45,040 nucleotides of DNA, from assembly GCA_034189385.1 (NCBI GenBank), contig JAXHVD010000021.1, positions 1 to 45,040 of the forward strand. The letters run 5' to 3'. Shown here piece by piece: positions 26,179 through 36,057 of this stretch. The position numbers and the translations under genes were made by a program. Origin of the DNA: Thermodesulfobacteriota bacterium (GTDB lineage: Bacteria; Desulfobacterota; Desulfobacteria; Desulfobacterales; C00003060). Under the pieces are notes generated by a model. It was not told where the DNA came from. It made no database searches and was given only the letters and a program-made list of their open reading frames with translations. Position 1 is the first letter of the stretch. Every line of letters starts with the position of its first letter.

Positions 26179-27417
26179 TCAAGAAGAGATGGTCACCGAT
26201 TGGTGCAGCCCCTTAAGTACCTGGATGATCTCCTTTCCGAAGGCCTTTCTCTGCCATACCCTCATCTTGTCTATGGCCTTCAGGTCATCCACATGCTGTG
26301 GGTCATGCTCTGCGAAGGCATGGAGGAGCTGATTGTTGCACATCAGGCCAGGGTCCAGTTTGAGGTCTTTGGCTTTCAGGCCACGCCAGGTCTTTAACAG
26401 CTTCAAGCGGGCTTCCTTTTTGCGGTTTTGGGGTGGCCTGGGTGACTTTGGAAAAGAAGGCAGGCAGGAGCCCGGCAATGCAAGGGCCCGTTGAATGGCT
26501 CCCAGCACCCCATCTGCATAACGTTTCACGAAGTCGGACGGCAAATCGCCCACCTTTTTCAAGGCTGCACGGTGAACCGGTTTTGCTTTGACCAGTTTTT
26601 GTATCACACTATTTGGAAAGATCCTGAAGGGGGGTTTGTCCTTTTTCATGGCTATACTTTCGCGAAACCGGAGGATCTCTTCGAGAACGGCCAGATCCCT
26701 CGCTGCCAGTTTGCCCGCCCCTTTAAACCGTCTAAAGAGGGGAGGAGCAGCTCTCTTGGTTCCTTCAGGCACATTGCACTTTAGGCTGTTTGCCCTCTTA
26801 GCCTCACGGTGGCCAGGGTTGCCATCCACAACAGAGTCTCGCGAGAGGATCTCGCATTCCTCCTCAACCCAAGCCAACCTTCCTTTAGATCTTAGCGCCT
26901 TTTCCAGTTCGACATAGAGCCTGATAAGATAAGCACTATCGTGGGCAGCATAGAGCATCATATCATGGTTGAGAGGACGCTTTGACCAGTTGGCTCTCTG
27001 GTACTTCTTGTCCAGTGCGATTCCAAAACGGTTCTTCACCACAGCGGCCAGGGCCGCCTCCTTTTCTCCCAGGAATTGTGAGGCCACCATGGTGTCAAAG
27101 AGATTGCTCACTTCGATTCTGAAGCAACGGAAGAGGGACCGGACATCATAATCTGCTCCGTGGAACACCTTCTTGACCCTATGGTCGCCAAATATGGGGT
27201 GTAAAGGGTCCATGGTCTCTATGGACAGGGGGTCAATGACAAAGGTGTTTTGGGGGGTAGAAATCTGGATGAGACATACCTTCGGGAAGTAGTGGTAGAG
27301 TGAGTCGGCTTCTGTGTCGACTCCCAAGACCATCTGGCCGGACAATTCCCTGCAAAGCCGTTGAAGATCAGGCAATGTTTGAATGAGTCGGAATGGTCGA
27401 ACGGCAGGCGATGTCAT
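26179..27417 (-). CDS. rnd: Ribonuclease D (DEDDy exonuclease + HRDC domains)
   Basis: GVDTEADS, CLIQIS, FHGADYD, FDTMVA, NWSKRPL, YAAHD; HRDC DKPPFRI. Confidence 0.9.
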   Translation of the reverse strand: MTSPAVRPFRLIQTLPDLQRLCRELSGQMVLGVDTEADSLYHYFPKVCLIQISTPQNTFVIDPLSIETMDPLHPIFGDHRVKKVFHGADYDVRSLFRCFRIEVSNLFDTMVASQFLGEKEAALAAVVKNRFGIALDKKYQRANWSKRPLNHDMMLYAAHDSAYLIRLYVELEKALRSKGRLAWVEEECEILSRDSVVDGNPGHREAKRANSLKCNVPEGTKRAAPPLFRRFKGAGKLAARDLAVLEEILRFRESIAMKKDKPPFRIFPNSVIQKLVKAKPVHRAALKKVGDLPSDFVKRYADGVLGAIQRALALPGSCLPSFPKSPRPPQNRKKEARLKLLKTWRGLKAKDLKLDPGLMCNNQLLHAFAEHDPQHVDDLKAIDKMRVWQRKAFGKEIIQVLKGLHQSVTISS

Positions 27418-27666
27418 ATTGTCTTTGCTATCTGACTTCGCGCAAAAAATCAATAGGGAGTAACAGGGTGTGGCGGGGGCTCGCCACTCCGGACAAAAAC
27501 ATAAAGTAATGTATTATAGATGCACCTGATCTTGCCATTAAACGAGAATATATTAGCCAGGTATTTGTGGCAAAGAACGGTGCACTGCCAAGAAAGCCGC
27601 TGATGGAGGGGGCACTGGGAAGGCGTCTTGACCAGGCCTTGAGGAAGTCCCCCCCACGATCGGGAA

Positions 27667-28569
27667 TCATCCCCTGGGGTGATACTGGCTATGGACTGCC
27701 TTGAGCCTCTCTTGAGCCACGTGTGTATAGATCTGCGTGGTGGCAATGTCCACGTGTCCCAACATGACCTGTACGGTTCTAAGATCGGCTCCCCGTTCCA
27801 AGAGGTGAGTGGCAAAGGAGTGCCGAATGGTGTGCGGGGTAATGTCGTGGGAAATGCCGGCCCGTTTTGCATATTGTTTAAACAGCTTCCAGAAGCCTTG
27901 ACGGGTCATGGGGTTGCCAGAACGGGTGACAAAGATATAGGGACTCAGGCGTCCCTTGAGGAGGGCGGGGCGTCCTGATTGAAGAAAGGCATCGAGTTTT
28001 TTTCGGGCCTCTTGACCGATGGGCACGACGCGCTCTTTTGATCCTTTACCCAGGACCCTCACAAAACAGGCCTCCAGATCCACGTCTTGCATGGCCACTG
28101 TGACCAGTTCTGAGATCCTAAGGCCTGCGGCATAGAGAAGCTCCAACATGGCAGCGTCCCTCAACCCCAGAGGTTTGGAGGCATCAGGGCTGTCAAGAAG
28201 GCGTATTACATCTTCAACCCTTAACACGTCAGGCAATCGGCGGCCGATTCTGGGCAGATCGACAAGTTGAGCAGGGTTGCTTTCGAGGATTTTTTCCTTG
28301 ACCAAGAACCGATAGAAGCCCCTCAAGGTGACAAGATGCCTCGCCCGACTCCTGGGGCCAAGGCCCCCATCCCTCAGCGCAATCAAATGCTTCAGGATAA
28401 ATGGGGTATCTGAATCGCTGACGTTCTGAAGGTCATTTCCCTTGAGGAAGTCAAGATAGAGGTTCAGGTCTGCGCTGTAAGAGGAGACGGTGTTTGGGGA
28501 GAGCCCTTTTTCCACTACCAGGTAATTGATAAACCGATCTGCCAATGTGTGAAAACGGGTACCCTTCAT
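27667..28569 (-). CDS. xerD: Tyrosine recombinase XerD
   Basis: EKGLSPNT..Y..DL, RD.AMLELLYA.GLRISEL, GKGSKER, TRQGFW, PHTIRHSFATHLL, VQ.MLGH..TTQIYTH; start uncertain (28569 or 28596). Confidence 0.92.
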   Translation of the reverse strand: MKGTRFHTLADRFINYLVVEKGLSPNTVSSYSADLNLYLDFLKGNDLQNVSDSDTPFILKHLIALRDGGLGPRSRARHLVTLRGFYRFLVKEKILESNPAQLVDLPRIGRRLPDVLRVEDVIRLLDSPDASKPLGLRDAAMLELLYAAGLRISELVTVAMQDVDLEACFVRVLGKGSKERVVPIGQEARKKLDAFLQSGRPALLKGRLSPYIFVTRSGNPMTRQGFWKLFKQYAKRAGISHDITPHTIRHSFATHLLERGADLRTVQVMLGHVDIATTQIYTHVAQERLKAVHSQYHPRG

Positions 28570-28736
28570 CTTGTGGTTGGAACTCCCTTGCGTCATGATG
28601 TCGCAGGAAGACTTCTTGCCCTCTTGTCCAGTGTGACCGACTTCTCGGCATCTTGGACACAGGAAGCGCTTCAGCCCCGGAAAGAGCAAAGGTGCGACAG
28701 AAGCATCTGAATCGGGGAGGCGGTTGCAGGTGCCTT

Positions 28737-29843
28737 CTAGAGATCCATCATTCCCATTAACGGCTCCCTGTTTAAGATCTCAGCTCCGCCTTCCTGCACG
28801 ACAACCATGTTTTCCAGTCGCACCCCGCCCCATTGGGGTATGTAAATGCCCGGCTCCACCGTTGCCACCATGCCAACGTCAAGGTTTGTGGGGTGTGTGG
28901 GACCCAAACGGGGCTTTTCATGGACAGCCAGTCCCACGCCGTGCCCAAGTCCGTGTCCAAAGTGGCGGCCAAACCCCTTGGCCGCAATATGGTCTCGCGC
29001 AATCTTGTCTATGGCCTGTGTGCTGATACCTGGTCTGATAGCATCTGTAGCCATAGACTGGGCATCGCGGACGACTTGATATACAGTCCTAAAGGTATCA
29101 TCGGGCTCGCCTAGGACAATGGTGCGCGATATGTCCGAGCAGTATCCGTTCAGACGGCTCCCCCAATCAAAAAGGATGGGTTCGTTCTGACGGACAGGTC
29201 GATCCGTGGGAATGGCGTGAGGAAGGGCGGCGTTAGGGCCTGCAGCGACAATAGGGGGGAAGGCGAGGGATTCAGCACCCTTTTCACGGAGGGCCTTTTC
29301 CAGGCTCCATGCCAAGTTTTTCTCAGTAACGCCTGGTGAAAGGGTCTCCAAGATGGTTTTGAATGCAGATTCCGAAAGGGCCAAGGATTGAATGATAGCT
29401 TCCAGTTCCTTGGTGTCTTTTCTTATGCGAAGCTCTTCAACGACGTCTTTGGTGGGGACCAGGGACACAGGCGACCCTTGTTTTTTGAGTTCCTGTTCAT
29501 ACGCCTGAAATTGAAGGTACGATAACCTCACACTTTCAAAGCCGACACGTTCGGCTTGCAATGTCTGCAATATCTCAGGCAGGGCCTGGGCCAGCCCCTT
29601 CTGATAGCAATAGATTTGAAATTCAGGGGCTTCCATGGCCGCCTGGGTTTCGTATCTCGAGTCAGTGGCAAGCCATTGCTGGTCTGGCGTGATGAACAGG
29701 GCGCCAGAAGATTCGTCGAACTGGCCGTCTTCTCCGGTGAATCCACTCAGGTATCGACGATTCTCTCCTTGGAGTACAAGGAGGGTGTCAAGACCTTGGT
29801 CTTCCAGCTTGGCCCTGAGTCTGGTAAGGCGATTTTTGGTCAT
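28737..29843 (-). CDS. Xaa-Pro aminopeptidase/dipeptidase (M24B)
   Basis: YLSGFTG, TDSRY, ALPHA, D.G....GYCSDISRT, HGLGHGVG..VHE, TVEPGIY, GGVRLE. Confidence 0.92.
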   Translation of the reverse strand: MTKNRLTRLRAKLEDQGLDTLLVLQGENRRYLSGFTGEDGQFDESSGALFITPDQQWLATDSRYETQAAMEAPEFQIYCYQKGLAQALPEILQTLQAERVGFESVRLSYLQFQAYEQELKKQGSPVSLVPTKDVVEELRIRKDTKELEAIIQSLALSESAFKTILETLSPGVTEKNLAWSLEKALREKGAESLAFPPIVAAGPNAALPHAIPTDRPVRQNEPILFDWGSRLNGYCSDISRTIVLGEPDDTFRTVYQVVRDAQSMATDAIRPGISTQAIDKIARDHIAAKGFGRHFGHGLGHGVGLAVHEKPRLGPTHPTNLDVGMVATVEPGIYIPQWGGVRLENMVVVQEGGAEILNREPLMGMMDL

Positions 29844-30274
29844 TTGTCTAAAAAGCACCACTCCACAGGCGTTGGGGCTTCGAAGACGTGGTTTTTTGCC
29901 ACGCCTGTACGAGACCTTGGTACAAGCGCTTCTCTCATGATTCTGTGAGCTTGTTGATCCGCCAGGGCGGAGCGCTCACCGCAGCCGAATGGGTATCCCA
30001 AATAGCTTACAATGACCGTTCGAAAGAGTGATGCAAAGGTCTCTCTACAGGAGGGTAGGTAGCAGAATGTCTTACCCGGTGTCAACCTTGGGCTACCGCT
30101 TAGTCCCACAAATGGCTTGACAACAGGTCGATTTCAATAATAAATCCTTCGGTGAAAAAGAGTGCTCTTCCCGTTCTCCAAGGGGTGTTATCGGCGGGAA
30201 GGGGATGGGCTGGGCCAGCAGAAGTTGGCAGGCTGCAAATGATATGAGCTCCAATGCTCGGGGCGGTGGCTGTG

Positions 30275-31549
30275 ATGGTTGTAAAAGGCAAAGACAAGAT
30301 AGAGGGGCTCCTTCAAAAAGGGGTTACCATTCCCAGCCCTCAGACGGTGTTTATCGGCAAGGAGGTCTCTCTTGACCGCATTTCGGGTGACGGGGTGGTC
30401 CTTCATCCTGGATCCAGGATCCGTGGTAAGGAAACCCTCATCATGGCCGGTGCCAAACTCGGCTACGAAGGGCCTGTGACCATAGAGGATTGCCAAGTTG
30501 GCCCCAGTGTTGAGTTGAGAGGCGGTTTTTTTCGCAAATCTGTTTTCCTTGAAAAGGCGAGTATGGGGTATGGGGCTCAGATCAGGGAGGGATGTATCCT
30601 TGAAGAAGAGAGCAGCGGGGCCCACAGCGTAGGACTGAAGCAGACCATCTTGTTTCCTTTTGTCACACTGGGAAGCCTCATCAACTTCTGCGATTGCTTC
30701 ATGGCAGGTGGCACCAGTCGAAAGAACCACAGCGAGGTGGGGAGTTCTTACATCCATTTCAACTATACGGCGAATCAGGATAAGGCAACGCCCTCTTTGA
30801 TCGGAGATGTGCCTCGCGGGGTCATGCTGAATCAGCCGCCTATCTTTCTTGGAGGCCAAGGCGCCTTGGTGGGGCCTGTACAGCTGGAATACGGGACAGT
30901 CATTGCGGCAGGAGTGGTGTGCCGAAAAGACGTCCTTGAAAGGGGCCGGCTCGTTTTGGCCCAGGTTCTCTGTCGGGAGGGCGTTGAAAGGGTGGATCAC
31001 GTCTCCAAGGCCTACCCAGGAGTCTACTGGTACGTGAAGAGACGGCTCGTCAAAAACGTGCATTACATCGCGAATCTTGTGGCGCTGTTTCAGTGGTACC
31101 TGGAAATCCGGCCCCTATTTCTGAAAGGCGACGCCATGGCAACAGAGCTATACCACGGCCTTGTGGATAAGCTCCAAATGGCTATTGAGGAGCGGATCAA
31201 ACGATTCAAGGCGCTGGCCCAGAAGATGCCAGAATCTGCCGAGAAATACCGGTCGATCATGAAAGGGGAGGCAAAGGAGAGACTCCTAAGGCAGAAGCAG
31301 GAGTTATTTGACAGGTGGCAGGATCTAGAGGGCGTTTTTGTCAGAAACCTGGAGAATCAAGGCGATCCCTCTATTCGAGAGCCCTTTGTAGAGCACCTTT
31401 CAAGGCATGTCCAAAAAGAAGGCACAGGCTATGTGAGGGTTCTTCAAGGGCTGGATAGGAGCTGGTCGGCAGAGGGGACCAAATGGCTCCAAGGGATTGT
31501 AGGGACCGTGAAGGAAGAGGCCTTTCAAGTGATGCCGTCTTTCAAATAG
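30275..31549 (+). CDS. GlmU C-terminal-like left-handed beta-helix protein (no N-terminal nucleotidyltransferase domain)
   Basis: GVTI..P..V.IG..V, hexapeptide repeats, EVG......NY; helical C-terminal extension. Confidence 0.7.
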   Translation: MVVKGKDKIEGLLQKGVTIPSPQTVFIGKEVSLDRISGDGVVLHPGSRIRGKETLIMAGAKLGYEGPVTIEDCQVGPSVELRGGFFRKSVFLEKASMGYGAQIREGCILEEESSGAHSVGLKQTILFPFVTLGSLINFCDCFMAGGTSRKNHSEVGSSYIHFNYTANQDKATPSLIGDVPRGVMLNQPPIFLGGQGALVGPVQLEYGTVIAAGVVCRKDVLERGRLVLAQVLCREGVERVDHVSKAYPGVYWYVKRRLVKNVHYIANLVALFQWYLEIRPLFLKGDAMATELYHGLVDKLQMAIEERIKRFKALAQKMPESAEKYRSIMKGEAKERLLRQKQELFDRWQDLEGVFVRNLENQGDPSIREPFVEHLSRHVQKEGTGYVRVLQGLDRSWSAEGTKWLQGIVGTVKEEAFQVMPSFK

Positions 31550-31645
31550 TGGGAAATAGACCTTTTTAAACAGGCAAATTGATGCCATAGTTAAAGTTAT
31601 TTATAAATATTTTTTCCGCTTCCAGCACCGCCAGCCCCAAGAGCT

Positions 31646-32638
31646 ATGGGTATGGGTTTCCTCCTTCAGGTGAAGCACCTTACAACGAGTTTTCACACCG
31701 ACTGCGGTGTCACACGGGCTGTAGATGATGTCAGTTTTTCCGTAGATGATGGCGAAGTCATCGGCATCGTTGGTGAGTCCGGTTGTGGGAAGTCCGTGAC
31801 CGCCCTTTCCATCATGGGCCTGGTCCCCAGACCTGCCGGCGAGATCGAGGACGGGGCCATTCTCTTTCAGGGGCAGGATCTCTTGGCCCTAAATGAAAGG
31901 GAGATGCGGCAGATTCGAGGTGGGAAGATCGCCATGGTCTTCCAAGATCCGATGACCTCCCTCAATCCTGTCTATACCATAGGAAGCCAGCTTGCTGAGG
32001 CCGTTCGCCTCCATCAGGGCCGGAGCAGGCGTGAAGCCGTTAGGATTGCAGCACAAGCCCTTTCCAAGGTCCACATTCCTGACCCTGAAAGGCGTCTCCG
32101 TGAGCATCCCCATGAACTAAGTGGTGGCATGAGGCAGCGGGTCATGATCGCCATGGCCCTGTGCTGCGAGCCAGACCTGATCATTGCAGACGAGCCGACC
32201 ACGGCCCTTGACGTGACCATCCAGGCACAGATCATGGATCTCATGGGAAAGCTCCAAGCCGAGCAGGGTATGTCTATTATCATGATCAGCCACAACCTGG
32301 GTGTCATTGCCGAGATGACGAACCGTGTGCTGGTCATGTACGCAGGCCAGATCGTGGAAGAAAACAGTGTCCAAGGGCTCTTTGAAGCCCCCCTTCATCC
32401 ATACACCAGAGGACTCATTGCTTGTAGCGTTGGGAGAGAGGCTCAAGATGAGAGACGACGTCTCCATGCCATACCAGGGAGAGCGCCAAACCTTGTGGAA
32501 CTTGGCCACGCATGCCGGTTTGAGACGCGTTGTCAGGACCGCTTCAACAGGTGTGGTGTTGAGGTTCCAGATCTGATTGAAGTAGGGGAGGGGCGTCGGG
32601 TACGCTGCTTCAAGTACTCGAAACAGGAGGAAAAATAG
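31646..32638 (+). CDS. Peptide ABC transporter ATPase (DppD/OppD family)
   Basis: GESGCGKS, FQDPMTSLNP, LSGGMRQR, ADEPTTALD, HPYT. Confidence 0.95.
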   Translation: MGMGFLLQVKHLTTSFHTDCGVTRAVDDVSFSVDDGEVIGIVGESGCGKSVTALSIMGLVPRPAGEIEDGAILFQGQDLLALNEREMRQIRGGKIAMVFQDPMTSLNPVYTIGSQLAEAVRLHQGRSRREAVRIAAQALSKVHIPDPERRLREHPHELSGGMRQRVMIAMALCCEPDLIIADEPTTALDVTIQAQIMDLMGKLQAEQGMSIIMISHNLGVIAEMTNRVLVMYAGQIVEENSVQGLFEAPLHPYTRGLIACSVGREAQDERRRLHAIPGRAPNLVELGHACRFETRCQDRFNRCGVEVPDLIEVGEGRRVRCFKYSKQEEK

Positions 32639-32781
32639 TCAGTGCTCCCGCAACTGCTTACCCTTTACTTTGATCCGTTCTTCGCAGTAACCTTGGTCAT
32701 GTGACGCATTCAGCCGACTTTCATGTTGGCCTTTTCTTATTGCGGAGAGATGGTTGTCGGTGAACGCTTACTGTTTTTGAA

Positions 32782-33750
32782 ATGGAAGACAGCCCCATTA
32801 TCTCAATAGAAAAGCTGAAGAAGCACTATCCGGTGAAAGGGACATCCCTTTTCTCCAAACCAGTGTTACTTAAGGCTGTGGATGGTGTGGACTTGACCAT
32901 CGAACAGGGAGAGATCATGGGATTGGTAGGGGAGTCGGGGTGCGGCAAGTCCACCCTATGCAGGCTGGCACTTCGACTGGAGGAGCCGACCAAGGGCAGT
33001 GTGCTGTTTGAAGGAAAAGACCTGTCCTTGTACTCCCAGAAGGAACTCCGTTTGGCTAGGAGGTCCATGCAGATGATTTTCCAGGATCCTTACTCGTCCC
33101 TTAGTCCTCGCAAGACTGCAGGGGCCATCATTGAGGAGCCGCTGATTATTTATGGCCTGGGGGATCGCAAGTCCCGTGCCGCACAAGTGAAGGAACTCAT
33201 GAAAGAGGTGGGGCTTGACCCTGACCAGGCGAATCGATATCCCCACGAATTCAGCGGTGGCGAGCGGCAGCGCATCGGCATCGCCCGTGCGCTCGCCCTT
33301 AAGCCCCAGTTTGTCGTGGCCGATGAACCAGTGTCTGCACTGGATGTTTCCATCCAGGCCCAGATTGTCAACCTGCTACTGGATCTGCAGGAGAGATTTG
33401 GCTTGACCTATCTTTTTGTCTCCCATGACCTGAATGTGGTTGAGGCTGTGAGTGACCATATTGCCGTGATGTATCTCGGAAAAATGATGGAGGTTGTGGG
33501 AAAAAGGGACTTTGAGGTGTCAGCCCGACACCCCTATACAGAGGCCCTTTTGACGGCAGCTCCAGTGGCTGCGCCAGGGGGGAGACCGGTGAAGAGCGTG
33601 CTAGAAGGGGAGATCCCCAGCGCAGTCGCCCCGCCCTCTGGGTGTGTGTTCCGCACCCGCTGTCCTTACGCAGAATCTGTGTGTGCCGAAGAAGTTCCTG
33701 TCTTGAGGCAGATTAGGCCCAACCACAAGATAGCCTGCCATTTGAGGTGA
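32782..33750 (+). CDS. Peptide ABC transporter ATPase (DppF/OppF family)
   Basis: GESGCGKS, FQDPYSSL, FSGGERQR, ADEPVSALD, PPSGC.F.TRC, ACH. Confidence 0.95.
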   Translation: MEDSPIISIEKLKKHYPVKGTSLFSKPVLLKAVDGVDLTIEQGEIMGLVGESGCGKSTLCRLALRLEEPTKGSVLFEGKDLSLYSQKELRLARRSMQMIFQDPYSSLSPRKTAGAIIEEPLIIYGLGDRKSRAAQVKELMKEVGLDPDQANRYPHEFSGGERQRIGIARALALKPQFVVADEPVSALDVSIQAQIVNLLLDLQERFGLTYLFVSHDLNVVEAVSDHIAVMYLGKMMEVVGKRDFEVSARHPYTEALLTAAPVAAPGGRPVKSVLEGEIPSAVAPPSGCVFRTRCPYAESVCAEEVPVLRQIRPNHKIACHLR

Positions 33751-33783
33751 TTGGCCCGCCATGGAAAGGTGATGATGGCAGCG

Positions 33784-34989
33784 CTAGCAAATGGTTCCTG
33801 TTAATAGGGTCAACCTCAGGCCTCCATGAAAAAGACCGTGCACGTCCACAACAAAGGGGACTTTTCTGACAAAGCTTCTGTTTGGGGCAAGTAAGGCCAC
33901 TCTCCAGCCACTGAAATCCTTTTTTAACTTCTGGCATGTTTCAAGAAACACTTTCTCACTGTCACCTCTTTTCCCCAGTCGGCGGCCGTATGGGGGGTTG
34001 ATGGCCACCAGTCCCCTTTGCGTCGTCCTTGTCAGGGTCTTCACGTCAGATGGCAGAAGGTCAAAAAAATCTTTCTTAAACACAGAGACAGTATGGGACA
34101 AATTGTTATCACCAACGACTCTTTCTAGGACCTGGCAGGCATGGGCGTCGTTGTCAGAGGCGAACACCGTCGGTTCCTGCACAGGGGTTATGGACTTCTC
34201 GGCTTCACGACGGATGTGTTTCCATCTGGCACGTCTAAAACAGGGCCATCCCATGAAGGCAAAGTCCCGATACCACCCGGCGGGAATGTGGTTTGCCATC
34301 ATGGCGGCTTCAAGTGAAAACGTCCCGGTCCCACACATGGGGTCTATAAGGGGTTCTTGGCCATCGTAGCCTGCAAGGATCAGTATGGCTGCTCCAATGG
34401 TTTCGCGTATTGGTGCCTTGCCACCCTGTGTTTTCAAGCCGCGCCGGTAAAGCAACTCCCCGCTGCTATCTATGGACACGGTGAAGCTGTCGTTTAGTGC
34501 ACGGACAAAGATCTGCTGCATAAAAGGCGCTGTCTCCCCTGCCTCTTTTGAGCCACCACGGGAAAAGGCCCATCGCTGTGTCACACCCTCTTTGAAATGA
34601 TCTGAAATGGCCTCCTTATGAAAAAGCCTGGACCGTCTTGACGTGACATGGATGCTGTATGGGGCACCTTGGTGAAGATAGAGTTCCCAGGGCAGCCGGG
34701 TGACCTTTTTCGCCAACTGTCTGAAGTTTGTCGCCCTGAATGTCTCCATGCGCATCAATATGCGATTTGCCGTTCGGAGCCTCAAATTGGCAATGTAACA
34801 GTCGTGGACACGGCCCGTAAACTCAACCCCGCCTTTTACCAGCGCCGTGTTTGCTTTGGAGATACCCACCGACAGAAGTTCATCTAGGCAAAGGGGCGCC
34901 ATCCCCGGCGAAGTGGAAACGAAAAACCTTCGCACTTTACCCAGGACGTGGCGTTTGATCCGTTTTTCGATGTTTCCAAGATGATCCAT
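33784..34989 (-). CDS. THUMP-domain RNA methyltransferase (RlmL-like)
   Basis: NL.LR.A.RIL, SIDSSG..L.RRG, APIRET, DPMCGTGT, NPPYG.RL. Confidence 0.88.
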   Translation of the reverse strand: MDHLGNIEKRIKRHVLGKVRRFFVSTSPGMAPLCLDELLSVGISKANTALVKGGVEFTGRVHDCYIANLRLRTANRILMRMETFRATNFRQLAKKVTRLPWELYLHQGAPYSIHVTSRRSRLFHKEAISDHFKEGVTQRWAFSRGGSKEAGETAPFMQQIFVRALNDSFTVSIDSSGELLYRRGLKTQGGKAPIRETIGAAILILAGYDGQEPLIDPMCGTGTFSLEAAMMANHIPAGWYRDFAFMGWPCFRRARWKHIRREAEKSITPVQEPTVFASDNDAHACQVLERVVGDNNLSHTVSVFKKDFFDLLPSDVKTLTRTTQRGLVAINPPYGRRLGKRGDSEKVFLETCQKLKKDFSGWRVALLAPNRSFVRKVPFVVDVHGLFHGGLRLTLLTGTIC

Positions 34990-35238
34990 ATGCAAGGGAC
35001 TCGTGGTTTGATTGACGCTTACGCAACCTTGGCCATGGGACTAAAAGGGGGTATCCATGGGCATTTTCAAAAGAAAGTGAGCAATGGGAGCGGCAACCCC
35101 GGCACAGGCTCTGGCCTCGACAAACAAGGGAAGACGGGGAGACAAGATGGGAAGGGCTGGACAGGGGGCGGAAGAACAGGGGCGCTCTTTAGTTTCTGAC
35201 TGATGTCACGGCCATCTACGTGAGGCATCATGTCCCTT

Positions 35239-35607
35239 TCATTCCTTGCCGCTATGGCCTGTTGGCTTGGACTTGGCTTTTCCTGGATGGGTCCCAGCGG
35301 CAAACTCTTGGTCGTTTGTAAACCCATCGCCATCGGAATCCAATCGCCCGAGGGAATCTACATACTTATCCCCAGCGGCAAGGCCAAACTTCTCATAGTC
35401 CCGGCCAAAGGGATTTCTTTGGCCACCTCCATTAGGATCCATATGGCATGTGGCACAGCCAAAGTTCCTCCCCTTGTCAGGGGTCTTTGCAATGCGGAAT
35501 GGTCTGGCCAAGACATGGGCAACTGGTGCCCACGTCAGGGTGGTGGAAACGAAGAAGGCCAGTGCGCCAACGATGCATCGTCTGTTGAATGCCGTCATCG
35601 CCCTCAT
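35239..35607 (-). CDS. Exported monoheme c-type cytochrome with DxDxDG Ca-binding-like motif
   Basis: Signal peptide; CATCH; RNPFG; DSDGDGFTN.QE...GT.PG; RBS AAAGGA. Confidence 0.75.
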   Translation of the reverse strand: MRAMTAFNRRCIVGALAFFVSTTLTWAPVAHVLARPFRIAKTPDKGRNFGCATCHMDPNGGGQRNPFGRDYEKFGLAAGDKYVDSLGRLDSDGDGFTNDQEFAAGTHPGKAKSKPTGHSGKE

Positions 35608-35620
35608 TGTCCTTTCTTGA

Positions 35621-35815
35621 CTGGCTGTTGCCCAAATCCCTTTTCGCTTGGGCTAAAGCGTTTTTTGACAAATGTGGGGCTCGCTCCAGGCGATGTCAAA
35701 ACTCGCCCTTCGGGCTCAAGCAGTTGACATCGCTAGTCTTCCACTTCGCCAACATTTGTTGGCAAAAGACGCCTTAATGCCCGCTCAAAGGAATTCTTGT
35801 TTGGGCAACAGCCCG
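35621..35815. mobile_element. MITE-like non-autonomous element (195 bp)
   Basis: TIRs CTGGCTGTTGCCCAAA / TTTGGGCAACAGCCCG (15/16); TTGA direct repeat on both flanks; internal nested inverted repeats. Confidence 0.8.
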
Positions 35816-36057
35816 TTGACATGGGATCTATAGGAAATCATCGCCCCAAAACCCACAGGGATACGTTATTGGCACCAACGCACATCCCTTAAGACGCACA
35901 AGACGTGCAGGAGGTGGCCACCAAGGGCAAAAAACGATCCTCTCTGGGCACCTGTTCAGGTAGTATAGTATAGGATAGGGCCGGTGGCGCGTCAATGAGA
36001 TGTCTATTAACTCGTCACAGAAACAAGACGGTCCCGGTTGGCCCCCTTGTCATCTGA

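Noticed and set aside
27667..28569. xerD as the island integrase
   Set aside because: Typical housekeeping XerD signature in a core-gene context, 11 kb from the scar.
30188..31063. 291-aa minus-strand ORF and similar long antisense ORFs across the core genes
   Set aside because: Fully overlap well-supported genes on the opposite strand and lack motifs.
32639..32781. Small insertion between the two ABC ATPase genes (CCGCAA...TTGCGG)
   Set aside because: Inverted match is only ~6-9 bp with no target duplication.
35120..35190. Purine-rich short repeats resembling 43405-43460
   Set aside because: Low complexity with only ~10-bp matches; not colinear.
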